Shown: positions 36,201 to 46,685 of the stretch, piece after piece
Layout: the number at the start of each line of letters is the position of its first letter
How positions within the stretch are numbered: position 1 is the stretch's first letter
Source: Rhizaria sp. SCN 62-66
Taxonomy: Eukaryota
Assembly: GCA_001724265.1 (NCBI GenBank)
Contig: MEDY01000235.1
Span: 1-46,781 of the forward strand
Length of the DNA stretch: 46,781 nt
Reading direction: 5' to 3'
Made by a program: the position numbers and the translations under genes
The notes under the pieces: model-generated
Told to the model about the DNA's origin: nothing
Databases searched by the model: none
What the model saw: the letters and a program-made list of their open reading frames with translations, nothing else

Positions 36201-36482
36201 AGGCGGTGCCAAAGGTGTGGACGTAGTCGGGGTCGAAGGCCTTGTTCTCGATCGCGTGGATGAGCTGCGTCTTGCCGGACCGCGTGGAGCCTAGCAGGCA
36301 GTATTTAAACTGCGCAAAATAAAACAGCGAGTGAAACGAAATATGTGAGTTTGGGTGCGCTGGATAACGAAAGAGAGAATGTAGATAGCGATATGTGTGG
36401 TGAATGAGGAGAGACGAACCTTGAAGTCGACGAGCTGCTGCTGCACCTCGCCGACACTGCCGACGCTCGCGTCGACCTGCAT
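27205..36482 (-). CDS. Giant protein: N-terminal Ras/Rab-like small GTPase domain, low-complexity regions and multi-pass membrane segments; exons 36482-36420 and 36309-27205; in-frame TAG at 35067-35065; ~3055 aa
   Basis: Intron 36419-36310 joins MQVDASVGSVGEVQQQLVDFK to FKYCLLGSTRSGKT (G1), followed by HTFG, LSLWDCSG, VVVFDVT, LVATKTD and YFEVSA. ORF 35065-36183 abuts ORF 27205-35064 in frame across one TAG, and the latter has no ATG at its start. About ten hydrophobic helices follow. Ends at TAA. Confidence 0.75.
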
Positions 36483-37919
36483 TGCGCGCTGGGGAAAAGT
36501 AAAAGCGCTAAGCTAGGCCGGCTAGGGCCACGGGAGGGGTGGGGGGAAAGGGGGAAAAGCTAGCGGAACCCGGAAAGCGTCTGCAAAGTGGACTTTTGAA
36601 GGCTGAGAGACCGAGCAACGGTAAAGCGTTAGGAACGCGGGAGGGTGCGTTGAGGTTGTACCTCTAAAAGCTGTTCTAGAGATGTAAGACGTTAATATGT
36701 GTGTGGTGTGATGGTGGTGTGAGTGGATGATTAGGGATCACGATGCACAGAGGCCGGGAAAGTGTGCCGAAGATCAGTCCAGAACCAAGGTTGTTGCTGC
36801 AATCTTGCACCTTGAGTATCGAAGCCATCATATATTTTCTGTGCGCAAAAAAAAGCTATTTCATGTAGTATTGCTTGTAATCTGGCAGAAAATGCCGCTT
36901 AAACTCTACTTGACAGTCGAATGAATGTATTATCCCATTCCAATCATCGTTCATTCTGGCCCCCACAACGGAACCACAGCAGCGACGCAGCGACGAAGCG
37001 ACCAGTCAAAAATCGCATATCAACGAAAAACTCGTTATATGTGCCTGTTCGCATGAGGGAATCAAACAATAGTGTGTGTGTATAAAATACGTTAGAAAGA
37101 CATCTTGTTGGTACCACCTCGAATCTTCTGTCACCGTAAACCCGCTCATCTAAATCTGCAGCTATGTGCATCTTGCGCACGTGATGGTCGCAAGCTCGAT
37201 GAAGAAAGACCGGGAGAGCGTGCCCTGAGAGACTGCGGTCTACGCGCAGCCCCTAAGAGTAGAACTGGTCTTAGCAAGCGCACAAGCACAGAAGAGTTTG
37301 TCTTTCGAAATCGCACGCCACGTCAAACATACGCAGTTAGCTGAGTAACATGAGAGCGTGACATGAGCAAGTGAGTCGTGAGGTATCGTTGTGCTGCTGT
37401 AGCACCAGAAGCGAATAAATCAATTAGATTGGACATCAAATTACTCGATGTTATAAAAGTAAATACGATTAAACTAGTGTAAATACGTGACTGGGAATGT
37501 CATACTTGTGACTCGTTGTTAACACGGGATAAAATATGAAAGAACAGACAATTAAAGACAGACAACTATAAAATAGGAAGCAAACAAAAAGAGAATCTAA
37601 TCTAGACAGAAAAGAATCAAGATGCAGAAAAACATTTTCTCGCAACACAACATTTGAGAAGCGCTACAGTTCAGTTTAGCGCCCTTCAGTCCTTCGCACA
37701 GCGCACAGCAGGAGCAGATGTGCGCGCTCCACATTGCCTTGCTCAAGCTTAGCTCAGCTTAGCATATCTTAGTTTAGTCGATTGCAGCAAAGCTTCGTTT
37801 CCCTCAACCTAGCTTCGGTTAGCTCAGCTGCAATAAGTTGAGATGAGATTGAGATTCAGTTGGGTTAGAGTTCAACAAATGTAGCTTTTCAGTTCAAGTT
37901 GATTGAAAAGGCCTTACTC

Positions 37920-39596
37920 TTACTCGTCGTGGTCATCGGCATCACTCAGCGCGTAGTTGCCCGAGAACCCGACTCTCTTGCCCTTGCCCTTAGCTGAGGA
38001 TGATGCCGAGGTCGTCTTGCTGGCCGACTTGACGATGCCGCTCTCGCCGCTGCCCTTGCCCTTGCTCTTGTCGCTGTTGCTCAGCGTCACCGTCACCACC
38101 TGCGCGGTTCTATGCACGCCCTGCTCCTCGTCCTCGTCCTCGTCGTCCACTGCGCTAACCACGCCCGTCGCCTTGGCCGCCGGCCGCGCGGGCACGTTGC
38201 GCCGGCCCGCCGCGCTGCCGGTGCTAGTGGCGTTGGCCGCGACAGCCGCGTTGGCGGTGTTGGCCGCGGCGGCGCGGCGGGAGCCCGCAGCGGCGCTGGC
38301 GGCGGCGGCGTTCGCGTCGGAGCGCGAGACGCGGTCCTCGCGGCGGAAAAGCGAGACCGAGTGTGCGACGTCGGCCTCAGGCGCCTTGTTGTGGCGGTAG
38401 ATGTACATCTGCCCGAGGATAATCACGCCGAACACGGTCGTGCCCAGCGAGCCCATCAGGTACGCGAACGTGGTCTGCCAGAACGACGTCGAGTTGAAGT
38501 CGGTGGTGTCGGGCAGCAAGATGGAGAAGCCGTAGAAGATGTTGGCCATGCACGCCATGAGGAAGAGCCCCAGCGAAAGTCCCTCGGTGGACTTGCGGCG
38601 GTGATTGTGCGCGATCTGCGGAATGCGCGACCAGATGTAGAGCGCGGCCGACACCCAGGCCGCAACCGTGCCGACGATCTTGACGGCCTCTGACAGATCG
38701 CCAGTGTCGTCGCAAATGTCCTTGGGCGTATCATCGTCGCCGTCGGCCGCCACGGTCACGGTCGCGGTCTCGTAGTCGCCGGAGTCGGGCTCAGCGCTGG
38801 CGTCAGTGGGGTAGAACATAGGGGAGACGGAAACCGCGCCGGCGAAAGAGGCGGAGGACACGGCGGAGTCGGCGGCCCAGAGGAGCTTGCGCGAGGCCGC
38901 GGCGGAGGCGGAGGCCGAGAGCGCGAGCAGCGACGGCGCCGCAGCAGCGCCAGTGTGGGCCTGAGTGAGCGCGACAGGCGTGACGGCGTAGGGCGCCGCA
39001 GCGGGGACAGAGAGCGCAATGAAGGCGCCGAACGCAAGCACCTGCAGCGCGCGCGCCTTGTTGCCGCCGCTGGCGGACACGCCGGCCTTGGCGCTGGTGT
39101 TCTGGTTGCTGCCGCTGCCGTTTGTGGAGCCGTGATCGGTTTTGGGGACCGACACAATGGCGGCCTCGCCCTCGGCGCCCATCTCGGTGTCGTGCTCAAG
39201 CTCACCGTCCTCCTCGGCGGCGGCCTGCGCCTTGCGCGCGTTAAGGCGCTTGTAGTAGACCCACTGCGTCAGAGTTAGGATGTCCATGCACATGAAATAG
39301 ATTGAGGTCCAAAGCTGCACTGCGGCCTGCTGGGTCAGCACGCAGCCGATAAGGTTGCATACATCGCCGATAAGCCAGAGAAAGAGGAAAGAGCATGACA
39401 GGGACTCAGCAGTCTTGTTCTTGTAGTTGGCGTAGAGCTGGGGCGCCTGGGCAAAGAGCCAGCAGATGATGTTGATGAGGCCAAAGATAAAGCCGGTGAT
39501 GTCGCGCGGGCTATACGCGCACACGCCAAACATGGAGCCCATCCACTGCACAAAGTGGTGCCCCGACATTGTCGCGGGGTCGCAGACGCACGTCAT
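37920..39596 (-). CDS. PQ-loop lysosomal/vacuolar amino-acid transporter (YPQ1/LAAT-1/SLC66A1-like); ~558 aa
   Basis: Two PQ repeats, CWLFAQAPQLYANYKNKTAESLS and LYIWSRIPQIAHNHRRKSTEGLS, plus WLIGDVCNLIG and YLMGSLGT. Ends at TAA. Confidence 0.88.
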   Translation of the reverse strand: MTCVCDPATMSGHHFVQWMGSMFGVCAYSPRDITGFIFGLINIICWLFAQAPQLYANYKNKTAESLSCSFLFLWLIGDVCNLIGCVLTQQAAVQLWTSIYFMCMDILTLTQWVYYKRLNARKAQAAAEEDGELEHDTEMGAEGEAAIVSVPKTDHGSTNGSGSNQNTSAKAGVSASGGNKARALQVLAFGAFIALSVPAAAPYAVTPVALTQAHTGAAAAPSLLALSASASAAASRKLLWAADSAVSSASFAGAVSVSPMFYPTDASAEPDSGDYETATVTVAADGDDDTPKDICDDTGDLSEAVKIVGTVAAWVSAALYIWSRIPQIAHNHRRKSTEGLSLGLFLMACMANIFYGFSILLPDTTDFNSTSFWQTTFAYLMGSLGTTVFGVIILGQMYIYRHNKAPEADVAHSVSLFRREDRVSRSDANAAAASAAAGSRRAAAANTANAAVAANATSTGSAAGRRNVPARPAAKATGVVSAVDDEDEDEEQGVHRTAQVVTVTLSNSDKSKGKGSGESGIVKSASKTTSASSSAKGKGKRVGFSGNYALSDADDHDE

Positions 39597-40281
39597 CGTT
39601 GACGCTGGACAAAGGGGAAATACAATAGAGTGATGCGAGAAGTGCGCAATGCAAGCTTCGGAGAGCGTGAGAAACAGCGTATAGAATGTCTGGAAAGAAG
39701 CGATATGATAAATATTAAGCACTCGACAACATCTTCTTATTTACTTTTAAAAACAATGCACATCAAACGACTCAAAACTGTCCTGCCAAGCGTCGAAAAA
39801 TTGTCGTCATTATCCCCGCGCCTTCTCTTTGTGCCCTCGGCGGCTGTCACCAGACCACGTCGACTCCCGTCGCCGCCAAGGCCACCACAAACACAGTTTG
39901 CGAATAGTAAACACACTTCATGAATGCAATTCGTGCTAAGATGCAAGTGAAATGTGAAAGAGGTTTTAATTTTCACTAAGACAGTTGTTAAAAGTAAGTT
40001 TTCGACGCTTTTACACAGTTATAGTGTGTATATTGATGCGCCCTCGGTGGAGGGGGCCGTGGCTTGGTAGGAAAAAAGTACAATAAAGCACACGTAACAT
40101 TCCATATCTGTTATTACTACATTGCATACGACTAACAAAAACTGCTGACTATTATAATTACCCGTGATTACTCTATCACGCTTTACTTGTACACTACTGT
40201 ACGCTTTTTACTTTACCTCCACCTAGCAAGACCGTCGCAAGAGAGATTATCAAGTCATTTGCTCGGTCTTATTGCTCGGTC

Positions 40282-43200
40282 TTAATTCTCCGTGACCGCA
40301 ATGCAGATGCTGCGCCAGTCCTCGTCAGACATGCCTGCCGGGCGAAAGTACCCCAGGCGGGCCATCTCCTTATCGGTTGGAAACCGCGCCGCGCCCGCCG
40401 CGCGCCGCTGCCGTGAGCCGGTCGCGGCATCGTCGCCGCCAGCGCGCGCGGAGGCACGGCCGCTGCCGCTGCCATTATCCTTGCTTTTGCTGCTGCTGCT
40501 GCTCTTGCGCTTGATGTTTGTCCCGCCGTCGTCGTCGTTGTTGTCGGAGCTCGAGTCAATGAGATCGACAACGTCGACAGCAGCACCAGATACGGTGCGC
40601 TTCACACCACCCTTGCTATTGCTGCTGTTGCTCATGTTGGCGTTGCTATTGCTATTGCTGTTGCTCCAGCTGGCGCTACTGCCGCTTTTGCTGCTGTTGC
40701 TCTTCTGAGCGCCACTCTTAGCGCTCGCGCGCGGCTTGACGTCGGGCTCGGAGTCCGATGACACGAGGTCCATCTCGATCACTGTACCCGGCGGGCACTG
40801 CAGGCGCGACTGCGAGAGTTGCGACTGGGGCTGGGATTGCGACTGCGACAGTGCTTGGGACTGCAGGCTAGAGGGCGCGGAAGACTGGCTCGCACTACTA
40901 GGAACGTCAGAGATCTTACTCTTGCTGCTGCTGCCGCTGATGTTGCTGTTGTTGTTGTTGTTGTTGTTGTTGTGACTGCGCTCACTCTAAGTCTTGGTGC
41001 TGCTGCTCTTGGCGCTCTTGCTCGAGCTCGAACTGCTCTTGCTACTGCTGCTCTTGCCCTTGCCCGCACTGCTGCTGCTGCTGTTGTAGATGACAGCGTT
41101 CTCGTTGCTCTTGGCCGCGGCGATCTTGCGACCCGCGCCGCCCAGCACCGAGCTCGCAGTGACCGCGGCGTCGCCGTCCGACTCGGCGTCCATATCCGCG
41201 TCGGCGTCGGCGTCGGCGTCGACCATCGCCACGGGCTTCGCGGCAGGGGCCTTCGCAGACACGGCAGCGGCGGTGCTCGCGGTCGCCATCTTGGCGCTGC
41301 TGCTCTTGGCCTTGGGCGCACTGCTGCTCTAGCCGCTGCTGCTGCTGCACTTTGTGGCGACGCGCGCGCTCTTGTGTTCGCTGCCGTCGTCCTAGTTGTC
41401 GCTGCTGTCACTTCCGTTGCTCTAGACCTCGGCGTCATCATCGCTGTTGCTGCCGCTCGAGAGCGCGAGCGCAGACGCAGACGCAGCGGCGTCGGAGGCG
41501 CCGGAGAGGCGGGCGCGCTTGGTTACCTGGCCACCAGCAGCCGCCCGGGCAGTCGAAGACGCACCGGCAGCAACAGCGGCAGCGGAAGAGTTGCGGTCGC
41601 TGCTCTTGCTCATGCTGCTCTTAGAGCTGCTCTTAGCGCTGCTCTTGACGCTGCTGCTCTTGCTCTTGCTCTTGCTCTCAGTCTTCGCATCGGCCTTGGC
41701 GTCAGCCTCAGCGTCAGCATCCTCAGCAGCGTCGTCGCCGTCGTCATCGCTTTCGCTGTCACTGCTGCTACTGCTGTCGCCCTTGTCCTTGTCAGCCTTT
41801 GCAGCATCAGCGTCGCCGTCAACCTTAGCCTCGCCGTCAGTGTCAGCGTCAGTGTTATCATCGTCGACGCCAGCAGCGGCCGCAGCGGCCTCGGCCTCAG
41901 CGTCGGCGTCCGCCTTGCGCTTGTCGGCCGCGATCTGGGCCAGGAACGCTGGCAGCTTGCTCTTGGGCCCGGCGATCTTAGGCGGCGGCAACGCCACCAC
42001 GGGAGCCTCCTCCTCGGCCTTCTTGCGGCGGCTCTTGCGCGCCTTCTTCTTGCCGTCGCCACCGTCCTCACCAGCAGCGTCGTTGTCGCCGGCGCCGCCG
42101 TCCGCAGCGGCGGCGTCGTAACCGTCGGTCATGCCGGCAGCTGCACCGGCGCTGTTGCTGTTGCTATTAGAGCTGGAGCCGCCGACGAGCGAGAACATCT
42201 CGACCATGAGCTCGCCCTCTCCCTGCAGCTGCAGCGGGTCACCGTCCGCGTCGTCATCGCCGTCACCCGCCTCGGCGTCGGCTGCGGCAGCAGCGTCGGC
42301 GTCAGCGCCCGCCTTGGCAGCAGCAGCCGCCGCGGCGGCAGCGGCGCCGCGCTCCTTCTTGACGGCGCGCGGGCGCTCGACGATGGCGGTGGCGCGCTTG
42401 TTGATCTCTTCCACGGGCGACACGATCTCCTTGCCCGAGACCTCGCAGGAGAAAACAAACCGCACCGGTTCCCACACCGCCAGCGCGGTCGCTGCCGCGG
42501 GCTTCGCCGCCGGGGACGCGCGCAGGGCCGTAAATGGGCGCACGCCGCTGCCGGGCGTGCCGGTGCGGGACCCAGAGCCGGAGCCGGAGCCGGAGCTTGA
42601 GTCAGAGCTGGCGGAGGCGGCGGAGGCGGCCGCCACGACGGCGGCGTCGGGTAGCGGGCGCTCTGCAGCAGCAGCATCATCAGCAGTCTTCTCTGTCGCA
42701 TCAGTGGCGGACTTAGCGGCGGGCGTCTCGACGGCAATCACGTCGTCGTTGCTGTCGTCGTCATCGTCAATATCATCGCTGTAGTTCTTCTTGGCCTTAC
42801 TCGAGCCGCCCGCAAAAGCGGCGGAGCCCGTGCCAAACATGCCGAGGCGCGGCGCCGCAGAGGCGGCGACGGCTACGCGCATGCTCGACCGCACGGGCCC
42901 CGCGCTGGCCGCGGGGGCACCGGCCGAGGCGGCGAGGCACTTAAGGTTGCCCGCGCTCTTGACCGGGATGTTGGCGAAGTTGGACGTGTGCGTGAAACGC
43001 AACATGGGGTCGGGCGTGGTGAGCACGGTCGGGTGGTGCGACCAGTTGGCCAGGTCATCCTCGGCGGGCTTCCCGCGCTGCCCCCACCGCAGCGTCACGC
43101 GGCCCGAGCCCGAGCTCGCAGCGGCGCCGTCACCGGCAGCGGCGGCGGCAGCGGCGGCGGCAGCGGCGCTCTTGGCGGCGGCGCAGTCAGCGTCGAAGGT

Positions 43201-46200
43201 GTCGCAGCAGCGGCAGGCGAGCGTGTCGTGCGTGGTGCTGCGCGAGCTCTCGACCAGCGTAAACAAGTCCTTGAGGTCCTCGCGCGAGACCTGCGCCTCG
43301 GTGTTGTTTCCGCCCATGACGTCTGCCAGCCCTTCCTTGGAGAGCTGGCGCTGATACACCTTCTCCTCAATCGAGCCCGCGGCCAGAAAACGGTAGACAA
43401 AGCAGCGCTTCTTCTGGCCGTCGCGCCACACGCGCGCCGCCGCCTGTTTGTCCACGGCCGGGTTCCAGTCGGGGTCGAACAGCACCAGCCGGTTCGCGCC
43501 GACCAGGTTGAGTCCGCACCCGCCGGCCTTGGAGGAGAGCAGGAAGCAGAAGTAGTTGTTGCCGGCGCGCGAAAGCTCGTCGACGCGTTCCTGGCGCTTC
43601 TTGATCGTGGTGGAGCCGTCGACGCGGAGGAATTTCCAGCCGCGGAAGTTGCACAGCGCCTCGAACAAGTCCAGCGTCTGAGTGTAGTTGGAGATTAAGA
43701 CAAACTTGTCGTCCGACATGGCTTTGACGGCGCACAGCAGGCGGTCCAGCGCGTCCATCTTGCCCGAGAAGCGCGGATGCGCGGCCGTCTGCTCGAAGTC
43801 CCTGGGGAAGAGCGCGTCCAACGCCGGGCCCATGCCGGGCAGCGACGACGTCTTGCGCACGTCATACACCAGCTTCGGGTGGTTGCACAGCGTCTTGAGC
43901 AGGCCGATGAGCGGCAGCACCTGCACGCCCGAGTTGCCGCCACGCTTCTTGCCGCCTCCCTCATCATCGTCGTCATCGTCGTAGTTGGCGTTGTCAGCGC
44001 CGTCCTTGGCGGCGTCGGCGTCGGCGGCGGCGAGCGCGGCCTTGAGCTCGCTGTTGGCGAGCGCCATCTGCGTGCGGAAATGCGCGTAAAGCGTCTTCTG
44101 TAGCGGCGTGAGGTCGCAGCACACGATGTGCATCACCTTGGGCGGCAGGTGCGCTGATAGCAGCGTGTTGGTGCGGCGCACGATGAACTGGTTGACGATG
44201 TTCGACAGCCGCGTGGCGCAGTCGTCGCCCTTGCGGCGCTCCGCGTCCGTCGCAAAGGGCTCGCGGCCGACCAAGATGGGCGTCTGATACACGCGTGAGA
44301 ACTTGTTCTGGTCGCCCAGCACGTCGGGATTGGTGAAGTTGACCATGGCGTAGAACTCAGTCAGCGCGTTCTGCATCGGCGTGCCCGAGAGCAGGATGCG
44401 GCGCCGGCACTGGAGCTTGTTGAGCTGCTTGTAAATGCCCGTCTCGCTGTTCTTGAGCCGGTGCGCTTCGTCGCACACCAGCAGGTCCGTGTCGCGGCGG
44501 TAGATGGCCGCGGCGTGGCGGCGGAACGCGTCGTAGCTGATCACGAGCACCTGGACGCCGCGCGCGTCGTTGCAGTAGTCACGGATGCCGGCCAGGATCA
44601 CGTCCTTGTTGGCCTCGGCCAGCGCCTTGACGTTGAGCGCGCCGGGGCCGAGCCACTTCTCGAACTCTTTGCCCCAGTTGGCGACGAGCGACACGGGGCA
44701 CACGACGATGGCCTTTTTGCACACCGGCTGGCCCGCCACAAAGCCCTGCGTCAACAGCGTGTAGATCGTCGCGACAGACTGCAGCGTCTTGCCCAGACCC
44801 ATGTCATCGGCCAGGATCGCGCCCTGGCCGTCGAAGTCGCGCTGCTGCAGCACGCACTCGCACAGGAACTGCACGCCGTCACGCTAAAATGCGATGGAGT
44901 AACACAGTGACAGGATGTCAAAAGTAAAGTGAGAAATAATAAGGGTACGTCATAATAATAGTATCATTTAAATAAATATTACGTTTCAAACCAAGACATT
45001 ATCGTCTGGTCAAAGTATCTCTGTTTTAGTTTATATGAACGCACCTGGTGCGGGCGGAGCCAGTGCGCGACACGGGGCGGGACCTCGATACTGGAGAGTG
45101 TGACGCCCTCGCACGCGGCCACATCCGCCGCGTCGGGCTCCCACACCACGAGCGGCTTGAAGTCGGCCGGGATAACCACGGCCGATGCCGCGGGCGCGCC
45201 CAGTCCCTTGTCCGGCTGCAGCAGCGGCGGCGGCGGCGGCGGCGGGATGTAGGCCCCGGGGGGCGTGAAAGGCACAAAAGCACCCGTGCCAAGCGGGACG
45301 CGGTACTTGATGGCGTTGCGGTTGATGCCGAGCGTGTTGCTGGCCTTGCTCGCGTCCCAGCGCAGCCCTACGGCGCGCATCGCCAGGAACGACTTGCGGT
45401 GCGTGCCCGCGTGCTCGCTCTGCGACAGCGAGAGCCCCGCCATGGGGGGCGCGCGGGACACAGACAGCGTGCCCGCGGCCAGCGCGGCGACGTTAGCGCG
45501 GTAGGACGGGCGCAGGGAGACCTCGCCGGTCAGGGGGTCGATCTCCTCGGGTCCTTCGTCATCGTCGGCGTCGTCTTCGTCGTCGTCGCTGACGTCGTCG
45601 TCGTTGTTGTCGTCGGAGGACGAATCGTCGTCGCAGAAAGCGTCGTCGTCGTCGTCGTCGTCGGAGCCCTTGCCCTTGCCCTTCTTGCCGCGCTTGCCCT
45701 GGCCCAGGGCGCCGAAGGGCGAGCCGAGGGGCGTGGTGGACCGCACCGTGGGGGCGCGGCGCGTCGAGCCGCCCGCGGGAGATAGCGACGAAGCGGGGGT
45801 CGCGGGGGAGCGCGGACCCAAGCCGGGCGCGGCGAGCGCGGAGGAGCGCGCCGCGGGGGAACGCAGAGCTGCGCTTGTAGAGGGCGTGCCGAACGCGGGT
45901 CTGGCACCGCCGGGGGTCAAGCCAGTGCCAGAGCCAGGGCCGGTAGCGGCGAAACCGAAAGCGCGGGGTGCTGAGCCCGGAGTGACGAGGGACAGGCCAA
46001 GCGACGGGCGCGCAAAGGGCTTAGCGGGCGTTGCGGCCGCTGGCGTGACCGGGTTAGCTGCGACAAAGGCGGCCTTGAGGGCTTTAAACTCTGAAGGGGT
46101 GACAGTCTTGTTGCAGCCTGAACCGGAGCCTCCGTCACCAGCGGTGCCGTTCTCGCATAAATAACCGAAGAGACTGTCGTCGCCGTCGTAAAGAGGCATC

Positions 46201-46250
46201 AGCAAACCCTCTTCGCAGGCCTCACACAGAGGGCCCTTCGGCGGAGGCAT
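40282..46250 (-). CDS. RAD54: RAD54-family SNF2 DNA translocase; exons 46250-45045 and 44883-40282; four in-frame TAG (41424, 41394, 41331, 40989); ~1935 aa
   Basis: Spliced LRPHQRDGVQFL (intron 45044-44884), ILADDMGLGKTLQ, CDEAHRLKN, LSGTPMQN, RRTNTLLSAHLPPK, LLSSKAGGCGLNLVGANRLVLFDPDWNPAVDKQAAARVWRDGQKK. Track ORFs 41422-44874, 40987-41289 and 40282-40782 share one frame, interrupted only by TAGs. Ends at TAA 40284-40282. Confidence 0.88.
40946..40973. repeat. (GTT)n microsatellite, encoding poly-Asn in the RAD54 frame
   Basis: Run of gtt repeats. It reads AAC in the extended RAD54 frame downstream of the fourth TAG. Confidence 0.75.
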
Positions 46251-46685
46251 GGGGCAGAACGATACAAGGAAGCTCGCCCAAGCACTCGAAGAAGAAAGAT
46301 ACTAAAATATGTCAAAATGCGTGCTTAAGTGAGCGACTTACGGATATAAAAAAGAAAACAAATAGAGGTACACAAGTTATTGTTATAACTAACATATGAC
46401 CTGCCGTGACGAGGATATAACTGAGATTAATTTGAAACAAAGGTTGAAGACATGGGCGCGCAGCAACGTTAAAAGCAATCTACAAGCGAGCAAGTTTGGA
46501 GCTAGGTAGTGCAACGAAAGCGCGGAAATACAGGTAGCGCTGAGCAGCGCGCAGGAAAACAATGTAAAGACAAGGTACATCGAGAGGAGACGTAGCGTGA
46601 AGTAGAGAGAGCATTCCAAAAGAGGGCGAGAGAAGGGGGGGAATAGAGTGCTATCAAGGGGAATTTATTGTGTGTTTGCGGTCAC

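Noticed and set aside
1183-41424. Programmed readthrough or pyrrolysine insertion at TAG
   Set aside because: There is no shared 3' context or evident common structure, the genes are unrelated, and one gene has four TAGs. Pyrrolysine is not known in eukaryotes.
40819-42600. Long antisense or alternative-frame ORFs (e.g. 40819-42600 +, 24212-25630 -, 16050-17390 +, 14190-15512 +)
   Set aside because: They are shadows of GC3-rich, repeat-rich genes on the opposite strand and carry no recognisable motifs.
1015-46250. Treating the TAG-containing genes as pseudogenes
   Set aside because: All ten interruptions are the same codon, with no frameshifts, and splice sites and core motifs are intact. 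The real pseudogene at 26389-26669 looks different (frameshift, TGA, truncation).
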